Made by a program: the position numbers and the translations under genes. Below the pieces are notes generated by a model. It worked only from the letters and a program-made list of their open reading frames with translations, was not told where the DNA came from and did no database searches. Positions 53,400-64,000 of a stretch of DNA of 64,000 nucleotides are shown here, piece after piece (position 1 is the first letter of the stretch; each line of letters opens with the position of its first letter). The stretch spans positions 21,142,001-21,206,000 of the forward strand of contig OY740798.1 of assembly GCA_963514005.1 (NCBI GenBank), in the 5' to 3' direction. Source of the DNA: Raja brachyura. Its lineage: Eukaryota.

Positions 53400-54240
53400 A
53401 CAGGTGCTTATCTAATGCGGTAATCTTTTATGGGGCACTTCACGGACCAAATTTTGTATTACAAAATTTGCTACATCCATTGGCTTCCTTGTTATCTAAC
53501 ATGCTAATTTGTTGTCTAACTTGTCAAAATTTCTCATCCATAAAATTATACTCAATCAGCTGTATAAGTATTCTGTTACAATTTCCTTCATTTTCCTAAC
53601 AAACTGTCCTGAAGTCATTTTCACTCCCAATATTTTCAGTATTTTGCTGTCTTCCTCTGCTGGAACTTTTCCAAATTGCAAAGTCCAATAACAATATATA
53701 TTTAAGCAATAATATTCTATTTAATGTGATCTTGAGTACATAATATTTCCTGTGGTATTCATAACACAATAGTGATAAAAAGATCTTTGTTTTGATTCCA
53801 CCTACCAACATGCATAGATTATTATATTACATTTATTATGTACCAAGGGCAAATTTTTGTTCCATTGCTCCCCATTCCCAATTACATTGAAGTGATTGAA
53901 ATCCAAGTGAAGTTTAAATGGCATCAGAAAAATAAAACCTCCGGAATGGATGATATTCATTATGTGGTTGGTTGGAGTCAGTATCAGCACAATTACTATA
54001 TTCAACTTTGAATCTTCAGATATCCTGGTTCAAGCTAAAACCAAAGACAAATAATAACCTCCTCACACATTCCCCTGCAAGTATCTTTGTCACTCCTTTA
54101 AAATATGCCCCTTCTTTGAACAAGCTCTTAAACATCACATCTGAATCAGTTTCCATCTGATTACACTCATGATGTTCATCTATGTGTTCAATTAATAAAA
54201 CAACGAGAATGGGGACATTTCTATTCAACCTGTCAAAGGA
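53400..54240 (-). mobile_element. Degraded L1/Tx1 ORF2 endonuclease region
   Basis: NRNVPIL and YSRSH-like APE remnants with many stops. Confidence 0.45.
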
Positions 54241-57200
54241 ATATGGTGGGGGGGGGGGGGGTTAGAAATAGTCAGTGTGGTAAACAAACATAATAGTTGA
54301 GTGGCAAATGACAATAGTGCTACCTTCCCAATATTTGACTGAAGGAAATAATGGGTTTTCGGGGCTGTATGTTGTGACAGACAGCCTGACACCTTGCATG
54401 TCATTTTAATATTACACTTATCCCATCCCCCTGGATATTCCAGATTAATAAATTAAGGTTTTGTCAACTAATTACAAATCAGGCAAATTACAAATCAATA
54501 ACATTAGCCAACTCCAAAACACGAAGCGCTGAGCATTGGGATCCCGACATCACGGACAACTGGCCTTAGTTCCACGCTCACATTCGGCAGTGCTCTCTGT
54601 CTGAACCAGGGGCCAGGACGTTTTGAAATTTAATGTATTAAAATCATGTTTTAGTTCATTGTAGAAGTATGATTTCAATGTTTTTTGTTTGAAGTATTTT
54701 TAAGAGGTAACTTTTTAAGGGGTAACATTTTCCACACAAAGGGTGGTGGGTGTATGGAACAAGCTGCCAGAGGAGGTAGTTGAGGCAGGGACAATCCCAA
54801 CATTTAAGAAACAGTTAGACTGATACATGGATAGGACAGGTTTGGAGGGATATGGACCAAAAGCAGGTAGTGTAGCTGGGACATGTTGCCGGGTGTGGGC
54901 AAGTTCGGCCGAAGGGCCTGTTTTAACACTGTATCACTCTATGACTACATTATACCTCCACCATGCATGACTGCTTCTAAATCAAGTGGTCGAGTTTTAT
55001 TGCCATATACTTCTTTCGAGTGGCGTGCACAGCCTAAAGTTGTTGGACAACTTGTTCTATTTGATCTTCCATTTGTGCACGTCGAGTTGATTGCATTAGT
55101 CGAAACAGGGCGGACCACGTGAAGGTTGCAATCTTCCACCCCGCCATATACTCAAGCATAGAAAATAGGTGCAGGAATAGGCCATTCAGCCCTTCGAGCC
55201 AGCACTGTCATTCAATATGATCATGGCTGCTCATGTAAAATCAGTACCTCTTTCCTGTTTTTTCCCCATATCCCTTGATTTTGTTAGCGCCAAGAGCTAA
55301 AAATGTAACTCTCTCTTGAAAATATCCAGTGAATTGGCCTACACTGCCTTTTGTGGCAGAGAATTCTACAGATTCACAACTCTGGATGAAAAAAGTTTCT
55401 CATCTCAGTCCTAAATGGCTTACCCCTTATTCTCAAACTCTGACCCCTGATTCTGAACTCCCCCAACATTGGGAACATTTTTCCTGCAGTTACAGTAAGT
55501 GTAAATCTAGCAGCCAAGCAGGATGCTTTCTCCAACCATTTCCATTTGAAGACCTCTATCTTCCAGGATGCACCGAGCTGTAACCTGGTCCATGCCAGTC
55601 ACCAGGGCTAATTGGACGCAGAGACTCTCTCGGCAGCGGCACAATGCTTCCGACGGCCCGGGACTCTTGCGCTGAAACTGCTCCATGGCTGGAGCTGCAG
55701 CGAGCGACTCGCCAGCCCGGCAAACACTCGCCAGCCCCGACTTCCCGTCTGCATCTGCCACTGCTTCTGCTTCCATCCCTCCCTCCGCCCCGGCTCTCTA
55801 ACACCCATGACCAGGTTGCTCAGAGCACAGCAGCGCCTCGTACTAAGCCGGAGACATTGAAACATGTCTAGCCAAAAAAGTGGGCCGCCCCCCCGGTTCC
55901 GCGGCCCATGTACCTCTCTCCTGCCGCTCGCTGGCCTCGCTCATGTCAGCCGCTTCCCGCAAATCCTTAAGTTCAGACTGCCGCCGGGAGCAGGACATGG
56001 CCTTACTTGTCTGAAGAAGGGTCTCAACCCGAAACGTCGCCTATCTCCTTCGCTCCTTAGATGCTGCTGCACCCGCTGAGTTTCTCCAGCTTTTTGTGTA
56101 ACCCCCCTTACTTGCTGGGCTGGGTAACACTCATTCACTGCCCGGTCCATGTCTTAGAATGTAAATTTGCATGGGGACGTGCTTTGGAGGTGTGTGACAG
56201 TTCGGTCAAGAATAACAGAGAATAAGAATGCAGAGAATAACAGATGCGCGCACAAGCAGTTGATATTAGTTTTGGAATTCTCGTTGATCACATAATTTCT
56301 CACGACAGAACATTAGAAATTTGTGATCAGCGTGAGATTTGGGCAAAATGCGTGAGAGTTTGCAGCTCTGCTGAATGACATAGTGTGGGCAGTACAATGG
56401 CAGAATTTTAGAGCTAATTCCTCACAGCTTCAGCCATTCGGATTGAATCCTGACCTTCTGCGCTATATCTGTGGAATTCCTCATGACCACCTCTAAATGT
56501 TCCTATTTCCACCCTCTTTCAAAAAATGAGAGTTGGAAACAAAATTGACTTCACTGCGTACATGAGTGGTAGAACCGCTGAGGGAAGAGGGAGAGAGTTG
56601 ATGAGAATATGGAGTAAATAAAATGGAATATGGTGGGATTAGTGCAAAAGCATGCATAATGGTCAGTACGGACTCTGTGCCCCAAACACTATTGTGAATC
56701 TCTCTAAGACTCTGGGCACAAGGAGACATAATCTAAAGATTAGATAAAGTGTTCAATTTTAATGGGTATCATAAAGTGAGATAGAGAAGAAGATTGAGGA
56801 AGAGAATACCAGATCTCAGGATATAGAGGAAAGGAAAACTATGCAATGGTTGGATTGGAAGTGGGCTGAAATCTCAAACGTTTATAAGACTTGACATTTA
56901 CAATTAGGACATCTGAATGGTAACATGGCTGCCATCAATTACCTTTGTTTTTAGCCAGTGATCATAGGATTCCTGATGAAAATATTTGCTTCTCCTCCTT
57001 GGATAATAGTCGGTTCAAGGTACTTTTATTTGTGTGCACATGCTTAGTGAATCCACTAGAGTGCAGAAGTGATATTGGTTCATTATTGTCACATGTACCA
57101 GGATTCAGTGAAACTCTTCGTTTGCATGCTATCCATACAAATCATACCAAGTTCTAGTTAATGATTTGACACAATGCAATGGAGCTTCATTGAGGTGTGG

Positions 57201-57999
57201 TATTTCAGTTATTGAATTGTGTCTCAATTGATGTCTGTGGTAAAATATTATACTATTGAGTATATGTATTTCTGTCCAATGCTGACTTAACCCTTCTCAT
57301 TTGGGCATGACATGTAAGAGGGATACAAGGTGCAATTGTCGGGGTAAGTATCAGAGATGGTTGAGGTGGTCCAGAGAATCGAGAGAAGAACAAATATATC
57401 AGTATTCCTGGTTATGATTCCTGCTCTTTAACTTCCTATAATAAAAATAGATAATTCGTGATTATTGAATGAGGTTATAATTCGGACTTCCCTCTGATGA
57501 CCAAGCCACAACTGGTTAGAGAGTTTACCAACACTTTTAAACTTTTAAATGAAGATGAATGCCAGAGAGCATTGCTACCGGTAAGTCTGAATCCTTGTTA
57601 AAGTTTGCTCCTAGGCTAGATGACAATATGATTTATGTTGCCGTACATGATTTGCTTCCTGGGTGCACAGTCTTATAACCACTGAATGAATCTTGATTTG
57701 CTTTGAGAAAATCAAACTTTTTTTTTAAATGCCAATATAATTTTCCCAAAAAACATCCTGATTGGGTGTAGCAGGCAGGGTGGTAACTGACAGAACCTAC
57801 GTAGAGATCCAAGTTTAAGTAATTTATTACGTTTTCCACTGACTTCAACAAAACCAATTCTTCAGATATTTATATTTTCCTTTCTTTTGAGTGTACAAAT
57901 TTCCGGAATTATTTTGCAAAAGAAATCCTTGAAATCCTCATGTATTTACTGGCAAAGAATACTGTAGAACACTACAGATGAGTAGAACTAGAAAATGGT

Positions 58000-58620
58000 G
58001 GGTACAAGAAATTGCAGATGCTGGTTTGCATTTTTTTTTTAAAAGGACACAAAGTGTTGGAATGATTCAGCAGGTCAGGCAGCATCTCTGGAGAACATGG
58101 ATAAGTGATGTTTTGGGTTGGGACCCTTCAGACTGATTGTTGAGAGGGGTGGGGAGAAGAAAGGCAGGACAAGCTGTGGTAAGTAACAGGTAGGTACAGG
58201 TGAGGGGTGGGTGGGTTGATTGGATTGATTGGAGAATTCAATGTTCATACTGTTGGGTTGCAAGCTAACAAAGAGGAATATGAGGTGCTGTTCTTCTAGT
58301 TTGTACGTGGCCTTGCTCCAGCAACGGAGGAGGCCCAAGACAGAAAGGCGAGTATGGGATTGTGAAGGTGAGTTATAATAGTCAGCAACCAGTAGACCTT
58401 GGCAGACTGAACTTGTTTGCCGAAACGGTCACCAAATCTGCACTTGCTCTCGCCAATGTACAGGAGGGCACATTCGAAACACTAGATGAAGTAGTTAAGG
58501 TTAGAGGAGGTGGACATGAACCTCTGTCTCACCTGGAAAGACTCCTATGGTCCCTGGATTGAGGCAAGAGAAGAGGTATAGAGACAGATGTTACACCTCC
58601 TGTGATCGCAGAGGAAAGTA
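58000..58620 (-). mobile_element. Penelope-like GIY-YIG 3' fragment
   Basis: Motif KLEEQHLIFLFVSLQPNSMNIEFSN. Confidence 0.7.
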
Positions 58621-58990
58621 CCCCATGCAGTGATGAAATGTACAAATCTCCAGAGGAATAAATGCAATATGACTTTCATCCTGATGGGTATGTTTGTGTC
58701 TTGGTATCAAATTGTGCTGTTATCTTCGGCATATAAACCTCAAGTGTCACTATTTGCTGAAGCTCCACAGTTCAGTCTTGCCAAAATAAGCTGACCATGT
58801 TGTCACAAAACCTTCCATCCCAATGACGTACATGTAGGTTAATTGGCCTCGGAAAATTGTCATTGGTGTGGAGGTAGTGGAATAACATAGAAATAGTATG
58901 AATAATTGATCGATGGTTAGCACGAACTTGGTGGGCCAAAGGGCCTGTTTCGATGCTGTATCTGTAAACTAAATAAGAAATGGAAGCACC

Positions 58991-59522
58991 TGTGAACGTT
59001 CGTTTCTTAAAAACCAGATAGCAACAACCGTTGAAGGTAGACCAGGGCAATCTTTAATTAAATCGTCAGACGGAAGTGGCAAGATACAATGAGCACAATC
59101 GTTGCTCAGTGCTTCTCGGGCTCCCACTCACAGAACAAAGGCAAGTTACCACAATTATACATTTTTCTTATCAGTAAAACACTCCTACCAAGTCTAAATA
59201 TGGCATGACTGAAAGATTCTGTAGCCTTTCACAATATAGGAAAGCTGGGTCCAAATCGAGCTCCTCCAATGACAAGTTATTATTTATCTCTAGAGCGTCA
59301 GCTATTTTTTAAATCTTGGCTTCTTTATGGCCTTGAAGAAGCACATGTCACTACTGCAGGCTACCATCTTAATGTCTTTATTGAAGACAATCTGTCCTCC
59401 ATATTGTGTTCCATATAATTTACAAAGTCATTCAGACTTGGCACCGAGCCATTCTTTGTTATACTAGTCCATGCTTTTGTAGAAGAACAACTCCATTTTA
59501 GATTTGACTATTAGCTCTTTCA
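58991..59522 (-). mobile_element. Putative 3' LTR of an endogenous retrovirus
   Basis: The minus strand reads AAAAAGGAGGGAA|TGAAAGA, a PPT-LTR junction like MLV AAAAAGGGGGGAATGAAAGA. TATAAT at about 59154-59159, ATTAAA at 59053-59058, ends ...GTTCACA. Confidence 0.65.
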
Positions 59523-59544
59523 TTCCCTCCTTTTTATCAAACTT

Positions 59545-59672
59545 GATAACATTCACAGTCCTTGATAGGTACACACACAATGGTAGCATTGATTAGCTGA
59601 ATGATAGAGCCATAATGTATCACAGACCCCCAAAGACCACCAAACCAAAGGTATGGCTACCAATTCAATAGT
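59545..59672 (-). pseudogene. Retroviral env TM C-terminal remnant (tentative)
   Basis: LNW*PYLWFGGLWGSVIHYGSIIQLINATIVC, directly before the PPT. Confidence 0.45.
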
Positions 59673-59674
59673 AC

Positions 59675-60455
59675 ACCAGAGTCCATCAAACCAGTTCTCA
59701 CTCTCTTCATTGCCAACCATCCTGATGAAGCTTGTTTAGGGTCGATGGATTAGGTGCCACCTGTAGGCGGTGTAATCCTTTCAGCCGATATTGTGGTTGC
59801 GCCATAAAGTTTGCACCTGTCTGAGGGTGTTGCCAGTCTCTTCATAGATCGTTGCACAGGTGAGGTGCTCCCCCCCCCCCCTCTCGTCCTGTGGTGGGGT
59901 TCATCATCTTGATCTAGATGCTAGCGTATCCATGGGTTTAGACAGCTTCTCCTCCCAGTAGGTTTGGGTGGACTGCTTTCACATCACCACGTAGAAGCGG
60001 CTGCTGGACTGGAAGCCAAAGACAAAGCCACCGTAGATTGCAGTCTGTGTTGATGTAAAAGGTGCCATTGAAGTTGATGTCGTTGAACTCCTCAAATCCG
60101 ACAGTAAGGCTAAGGTCAGAGTTGGCGGTCTGCAGTAACTCTCTGCCCTTGTTGCGTACTACCCAGTTAGGATCGATCTGCATCGTCCCCTTTGGAACTT
60201 CCTCAGGTCAGTCTCACTGATGGCGCTGTTCTCAGGGCACATGTCATAGATATCTGGGATGCTGTTGTCAAAGTCCTTGCAGGTGTCTCCTCTGCTGTCA
60301 CCATCGGCATCGATCTGGTCAGGGTTGGAAACAAAACAGCAATTGTCATTCTCATTAGAAACGCCATCATTGCCATCCACATCAATGTCCTGATTGTCAT
60401 CAAACTGATTACCCACCAGGTCTGAGTCATTGTCTTCCTGGATAGGGTTAGGCAT
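59675..60455 (-). pseudogene. THBS2: Intronless thrombospondin (THBS2-like, subgroup A) fragment: type-3 repeats and C-terminal domain
   Basis: Motifs [70 protein letters not shown] and IG*KDYTAYRWHLIHRP. Stops, frameshifts and deletions; no introns. Confidence 0.85.
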
Positions 60456-60617
60456 AATCTCTTTCAAGATGTCCATCTGTTTCAAAATGTTCAGCTTCTC
60501 TCTCTCTAGACCCTTGGTCATACGATAGAGCTCAAAATGCTTCAAGATTCTTGATCAAATGTAGTTTGTCTTTCTGAAGTTGTGACCAAAGGCTTTGGAC
60601 TTCCTTCTGATCTGTAA

Positions 60618-61560
60618 ATATGTTCTTTCTTCTGTATGGATCAGCTTTACATAGCACTGCTGGTAGCGATCAATCAGAAACACATTGTTACTTCCTGGGT
60701 GGGCGCAAGGTCTTTCATGCACCTCTTCATGCTGCCCTTAAGTGTTTCTTAAGTCCGTCAACTCCTCTGTAAACAGCACAGCAATCCTTATACTAACATC
60801 GATACACGGTGGGGGAAATCTTCCCTTTCCAAGTTTGACTTTGATTTCCAGCCCTGTTTTTGTCCAGATTGTTTCTTCACATCCTTAATATTGCATTTCT
60901 TGACTGGTAAGTTACTCTTCTTCTTCCAATATGATTGAAAAAACTCACCTGAAGAAACATTCTTAACTTTTATTTATCTGTCATCTTCACTTGATAAATA
61001 CCTTTCAGAAAGATCACTGGACTCTGATCCATCCACAACATAATTCCTTATAGAACAAGTTCCTTCATTGCAGTTAACTTTTTTTTACATTTAATGGTTG
61101 AGTTGCATCTTGTACCAGAGCTTTTTCCCAAGAGCACTCTGTATATTCAGGATCTGAGCGCAAGAACATGTCCTTCTTCAATGGGGATTCCGAGATGTCC
61201 ACATCCACTGACTGCGAAGTGGCTCCACTGTACGTACAAGGCTGAAAGTCTGGTAACACTGGGACAGGTTGATGCTTCGCAACATTATCACCCTCACCAT
61301 TTTCAGTCACTGTTTCATTCCGAGTTGAAAGGGTTATTGAACCATCCAGAACTTCCTCCATTGAGTCCTTATTTCTATTGGATGGGCAATGTCCCTCATT
61401 CAAAACAAAGCTGGGAGTTGAATGCATGTCCAGGATGTAACTATGGCCCTCTGTTATCAGTTCTGAACAGTCCTTCCAATTGCTAGTATTCTGCCTGATG
61501 CACCTCAACCCCATTGCAGACATTGGACTTTGTCTCTGGAACTGGTGTGCAATAATGCTC
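60618..61560 (-). pseudogene. ZNF276: Intronless ZNF276 fragment (post zf-AD region to zinc finger 2)
   Basis: Motifs EGHSYILD, SDLSERYLSSED and, across frameshifts, EREDFPTVYRC*YKDCCAVYRGVDGLKKH...HEEVHERPCAHPG...IDRY...VKLIHTEER. Human reads EREELPTIYKCPYQGCTAVYRGADGMKKH. Confidence 0.85.
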
Positions 61561-61719
61561 AGAACTATATTCTCCACACTAACCTTTCCTTTGATCTACT
61601 TTTTTATTTTAGGTGAGCCTGAATTGAATACATTTATTCATGTTAATCCTTTGTGTCTTGCTGACATTGATAAAGGGTGCAAGATTCTTTAGACTCATCA
61701 TTTAGCTGTTGAATAACTA

Positions 61720-61900
61720 TTAACTGGGTTCCTGCTTAATTAATGTTTCCAAACTTAGCTGACTTGATTCAATTTCAATAGGTTTGTTTTTATCTGTATT
61801 CTGGGTCAAGGGATGAACCATGGACAAATGAACATTCAAATTGTGAGCCTTCTCGAACTGCTTCTCACATTGGTCACAAGCAAATTCAAGTTCAGCTTTT
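61720..61900 (-). pseudogene. ZNF276: ZNF276 C-terminal fragment (last C2H2 finger to stop)
   Basis: ELEFACDQCEKQFEKAHNLNVHLSMVHPLTQ...KQEPS* versus human ELDFACDQCGRRFEKAHNLNVHMSMVHPLTQ...KPEPT*. Confidence 0.88.
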
Positions 61901-61902
61901 GT

Positions 61903-62098
61903 CAACTGGCAGTGGCTTCTGCGTTTTCAACCCCTGTGAATGCAAGACTGACAAGGTTGTGCTTAATTGCTGTGCGTATGTAATTAATTAATTGCTGTGG
62001 GCCTGTAGGTCATAACTAACTTCCACACTCTTTAGGGTCCTATTCATTCCCTCCACTTATCCAGAATTCTATGGGTAGTGGGGGATGTGAGATCACTC
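61903..62098 (-). pseudogene. Retroviral integrase remnant
   Basis: Single frame E*SHIPHYP*NSG*VEGMNRTLKS...LITYAQQLSTTLSVLHSQ, compared with MLV [23 protein letters not shown]. Confidence 0.75.
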
Positions 62099-62460
62099 TT
62101 TAACTACCTATAAGGCAGACCCTTTAAAAATAGATCATTATATTAAAAAAAAATTAAAATAATATTCCCAATTGTTCCAATCTCTTCCCCAAATTTACAA
62201 TTTTAAATTAACAGATTTTGTTCTGAGATGAAGGCATCTCCAATCTCATCTAACACATCTACCTGAATGTCACGTGGCCATCGTGGAATTCAGGTCTCTG
62301 TTTGAACTCAATTCAAAAGGTAAGAAATAAGGAAAAGAAAGAAAAAAATAAATAAACCTAAAGTTAAGAGAAAACAAAGAATAAACAATTAATTTCCATA
62401 GATTGCAAGCTCATTCAATGATATCCTATTTCATCAGACATGGAACATTTAATCAAAAGG

Positions 62461-62463
<3 letters not shown>

Positions 62464-62536
<73 letters not shown>
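62464..62536. repeat. (TA)n microsatellite
   Basis: Perfect TA run. Confidence 0.98.
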
Positions 62537-62542
<6 letters not shown>

Positions 62543-63289
62543 CCTGTTACTTTATGTCAATTATCCCAATAGGCTTTGGGAGAGATTTTTAAAAACATAG
62601 CTAAATTCTAAACACAGTAAAATTAAGCTGCCAGTATCGTTATCATAGCCAAGAAAAGAACACTGAGCTTATGTAGTCAGATGAGAGACAGAACTTGGAT
62701 GAGTGACAACTCAAAAGAACACGGAGAACTATAAGATAAGAGCCAAAACTTCCTTTAATACTTTTGAAAGCTTTTTGGTTTTAACAAGTACTAATCTTCG
62801 AACATTAAAACAAAACTAATACAAATATAAAACAGGCAAAATATACATCAATTACACAAATTTAATCCGAGCGTAGTTAGCCAAAGTGGCGTAGCCCCCT
62901 CATTTCCAAAAACATTAGAGACGTCTCTCTCCATATTAATTTTTTTTTTTTTCCTCCCTTATCTGACAAAAGCTGTACTGTTTAAAAGGGAATTGTTTCT
63001 ATGGGAACCAATTTGCGGAATTGATGCAGAATTAGCAAGCTAGGAAATTCCCTGGCAAATTTTGTGTACTCGGACTAGGAGGTTTGCAAAAGTTGTCTTC
63101 TTTGATGGAGTGAGAATTTAAAATGAACAAAGGGAGTAGTTCAATGTAATGGTGGGCGTGCTAATGTTCAAAATGGGAGTGGTCTGAGCTGTGATTGGAC
63201 AGTGATCCAGATTGTGTTTGGCCACCTCCCCCTTCTTCTATAGGCAGAGTCGCCATTGCCAGACATAGGGTCTCGAGAGGCTCGAGAGG

Positions 63290-63570
63290 ACCTCGAGAAG
63301 GCTTACTGGTACCGGCTTATCAGCGGGCTTCGAACTCTTATCAGCACTTTCTTTCTCTGCCTTAGCCCTCATCTCCTATTCCTCTGCCCACTGAAATTCC
63401 ATCTGAAGTACTTTCCATTATTTTAATAGTTCTGTCTTTATACACAATTCAATTCCTCTTTTACAAGCATAATTCATCCAACCACCATCTCGTGTCTCCA
63501 CCCACTTATTAGTACACAAATTGTAACAAACTTTTTCTCAGCCTGTTAAGCCCAATCCTTTAGTAGCAAC
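63290..63570 (-). pseudogene. Possible gag N-terminal remnant of the same ERV
   Basis: Degraded charged, Trp-containing frame (WMNYACKRGIELCIKTELLK...EMRAKAEKESADK) in the expected position. No diagnostic motif. Confidence 0.25.
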
Positions 63571-63724
63571 AAACCTATTCAGTCTGTAAAGTCCAATCCT
63601 GGCTACTCTCCTGGTAGCAAATTCACAAGTCTTTTCAAAACACTGTCTCTTCAAGGCACATTAACGTCTTAATACACATCTTTTCAAGACACCCAGTCTT
63701 TTCAATACACAATTAGTGACAAAA

Positions 63725-63978
63725 ACGTTGTTGTCTGTCGAACCTAAAGCCGTGGTCTCCGGTGGGGAAGAGCCGACTCTGGACTTACCTTGTCTGCACA
63801 TCTGGACGCCCGCAGCGACGGCTGCGAAGGGTTGAGGTCCCGACTGCTGTGGTGGATGTTTGTGTTAAATTTTTATTGTGTATTGTGTGTTCTTTATCAT
63901 TGTACCGCTGCTGGCAAATTTATTTCACTTGCACTTTATGTGCAATGTGACGAATAAAACCATTTTGTATTGTATTGT
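63725..63978 (+). mobile_element. Unclassified retroposon 3' fragment with (TATTG)n tail
   Basis: GC-rich head, AATAAA and TGTATTGTATTG tail. The 3' end resembles 22500-22595. Confidence 0.45.
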
Positions 63979-64000
63979 TCAATCCTTTAATTGTGACAAA

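Noticed and set aside
44500-58900. LMO2 exons expected upstream of CAPRIN1 by vertebrate synteny
   Set aside because: No LIM-domain coding sequence recognised in the window.
59938-60545. Functional thrombospondin/COMP gene
   Set aside because: Multiple stops, frameshifts and deletions, no introns, and embedded in ERV remnants.

Overview
Vertebrate genomic DNA, most likely a batoid elasmobranch such as a skate. This is inferred from HE1-type SINEs and abundant CR1, Penelope and Rex-Babar repeats. All family and gene assignments are from recalled motifs; no searches were run. The only intact host gene is the 5' end of CAPRIN1 on the minus strand. A 63-bp exon at 1011-1073 (GKLDDYQERLDKGEVLNQDQL) is preceded by two paralogous, apparently intact ATG-containing exons, each with its own CpG-rich upstream region (15344-15538 and 43863-44054). 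The rest is nested transposable elements. These include CR1 (one 549-aa RT ORF), Penelope-like elements with hammerhead-like termini, Rex-Babar, L1/Tx1, a Hero-clade retrotransposon, HE1 SINEs, and hAT and Harbinger non-autonomous elements. The most unusual structure is a decayed minus-strand endogenous retrovirus at about 59.0-63.7 kb. Between its integrase and env remnants it carries intronless fragments of two unrelated host genes, ZNF276 (in permuted order) and a THBS2-like thrombospondin. This resembles a fossil transducing retrovirus.
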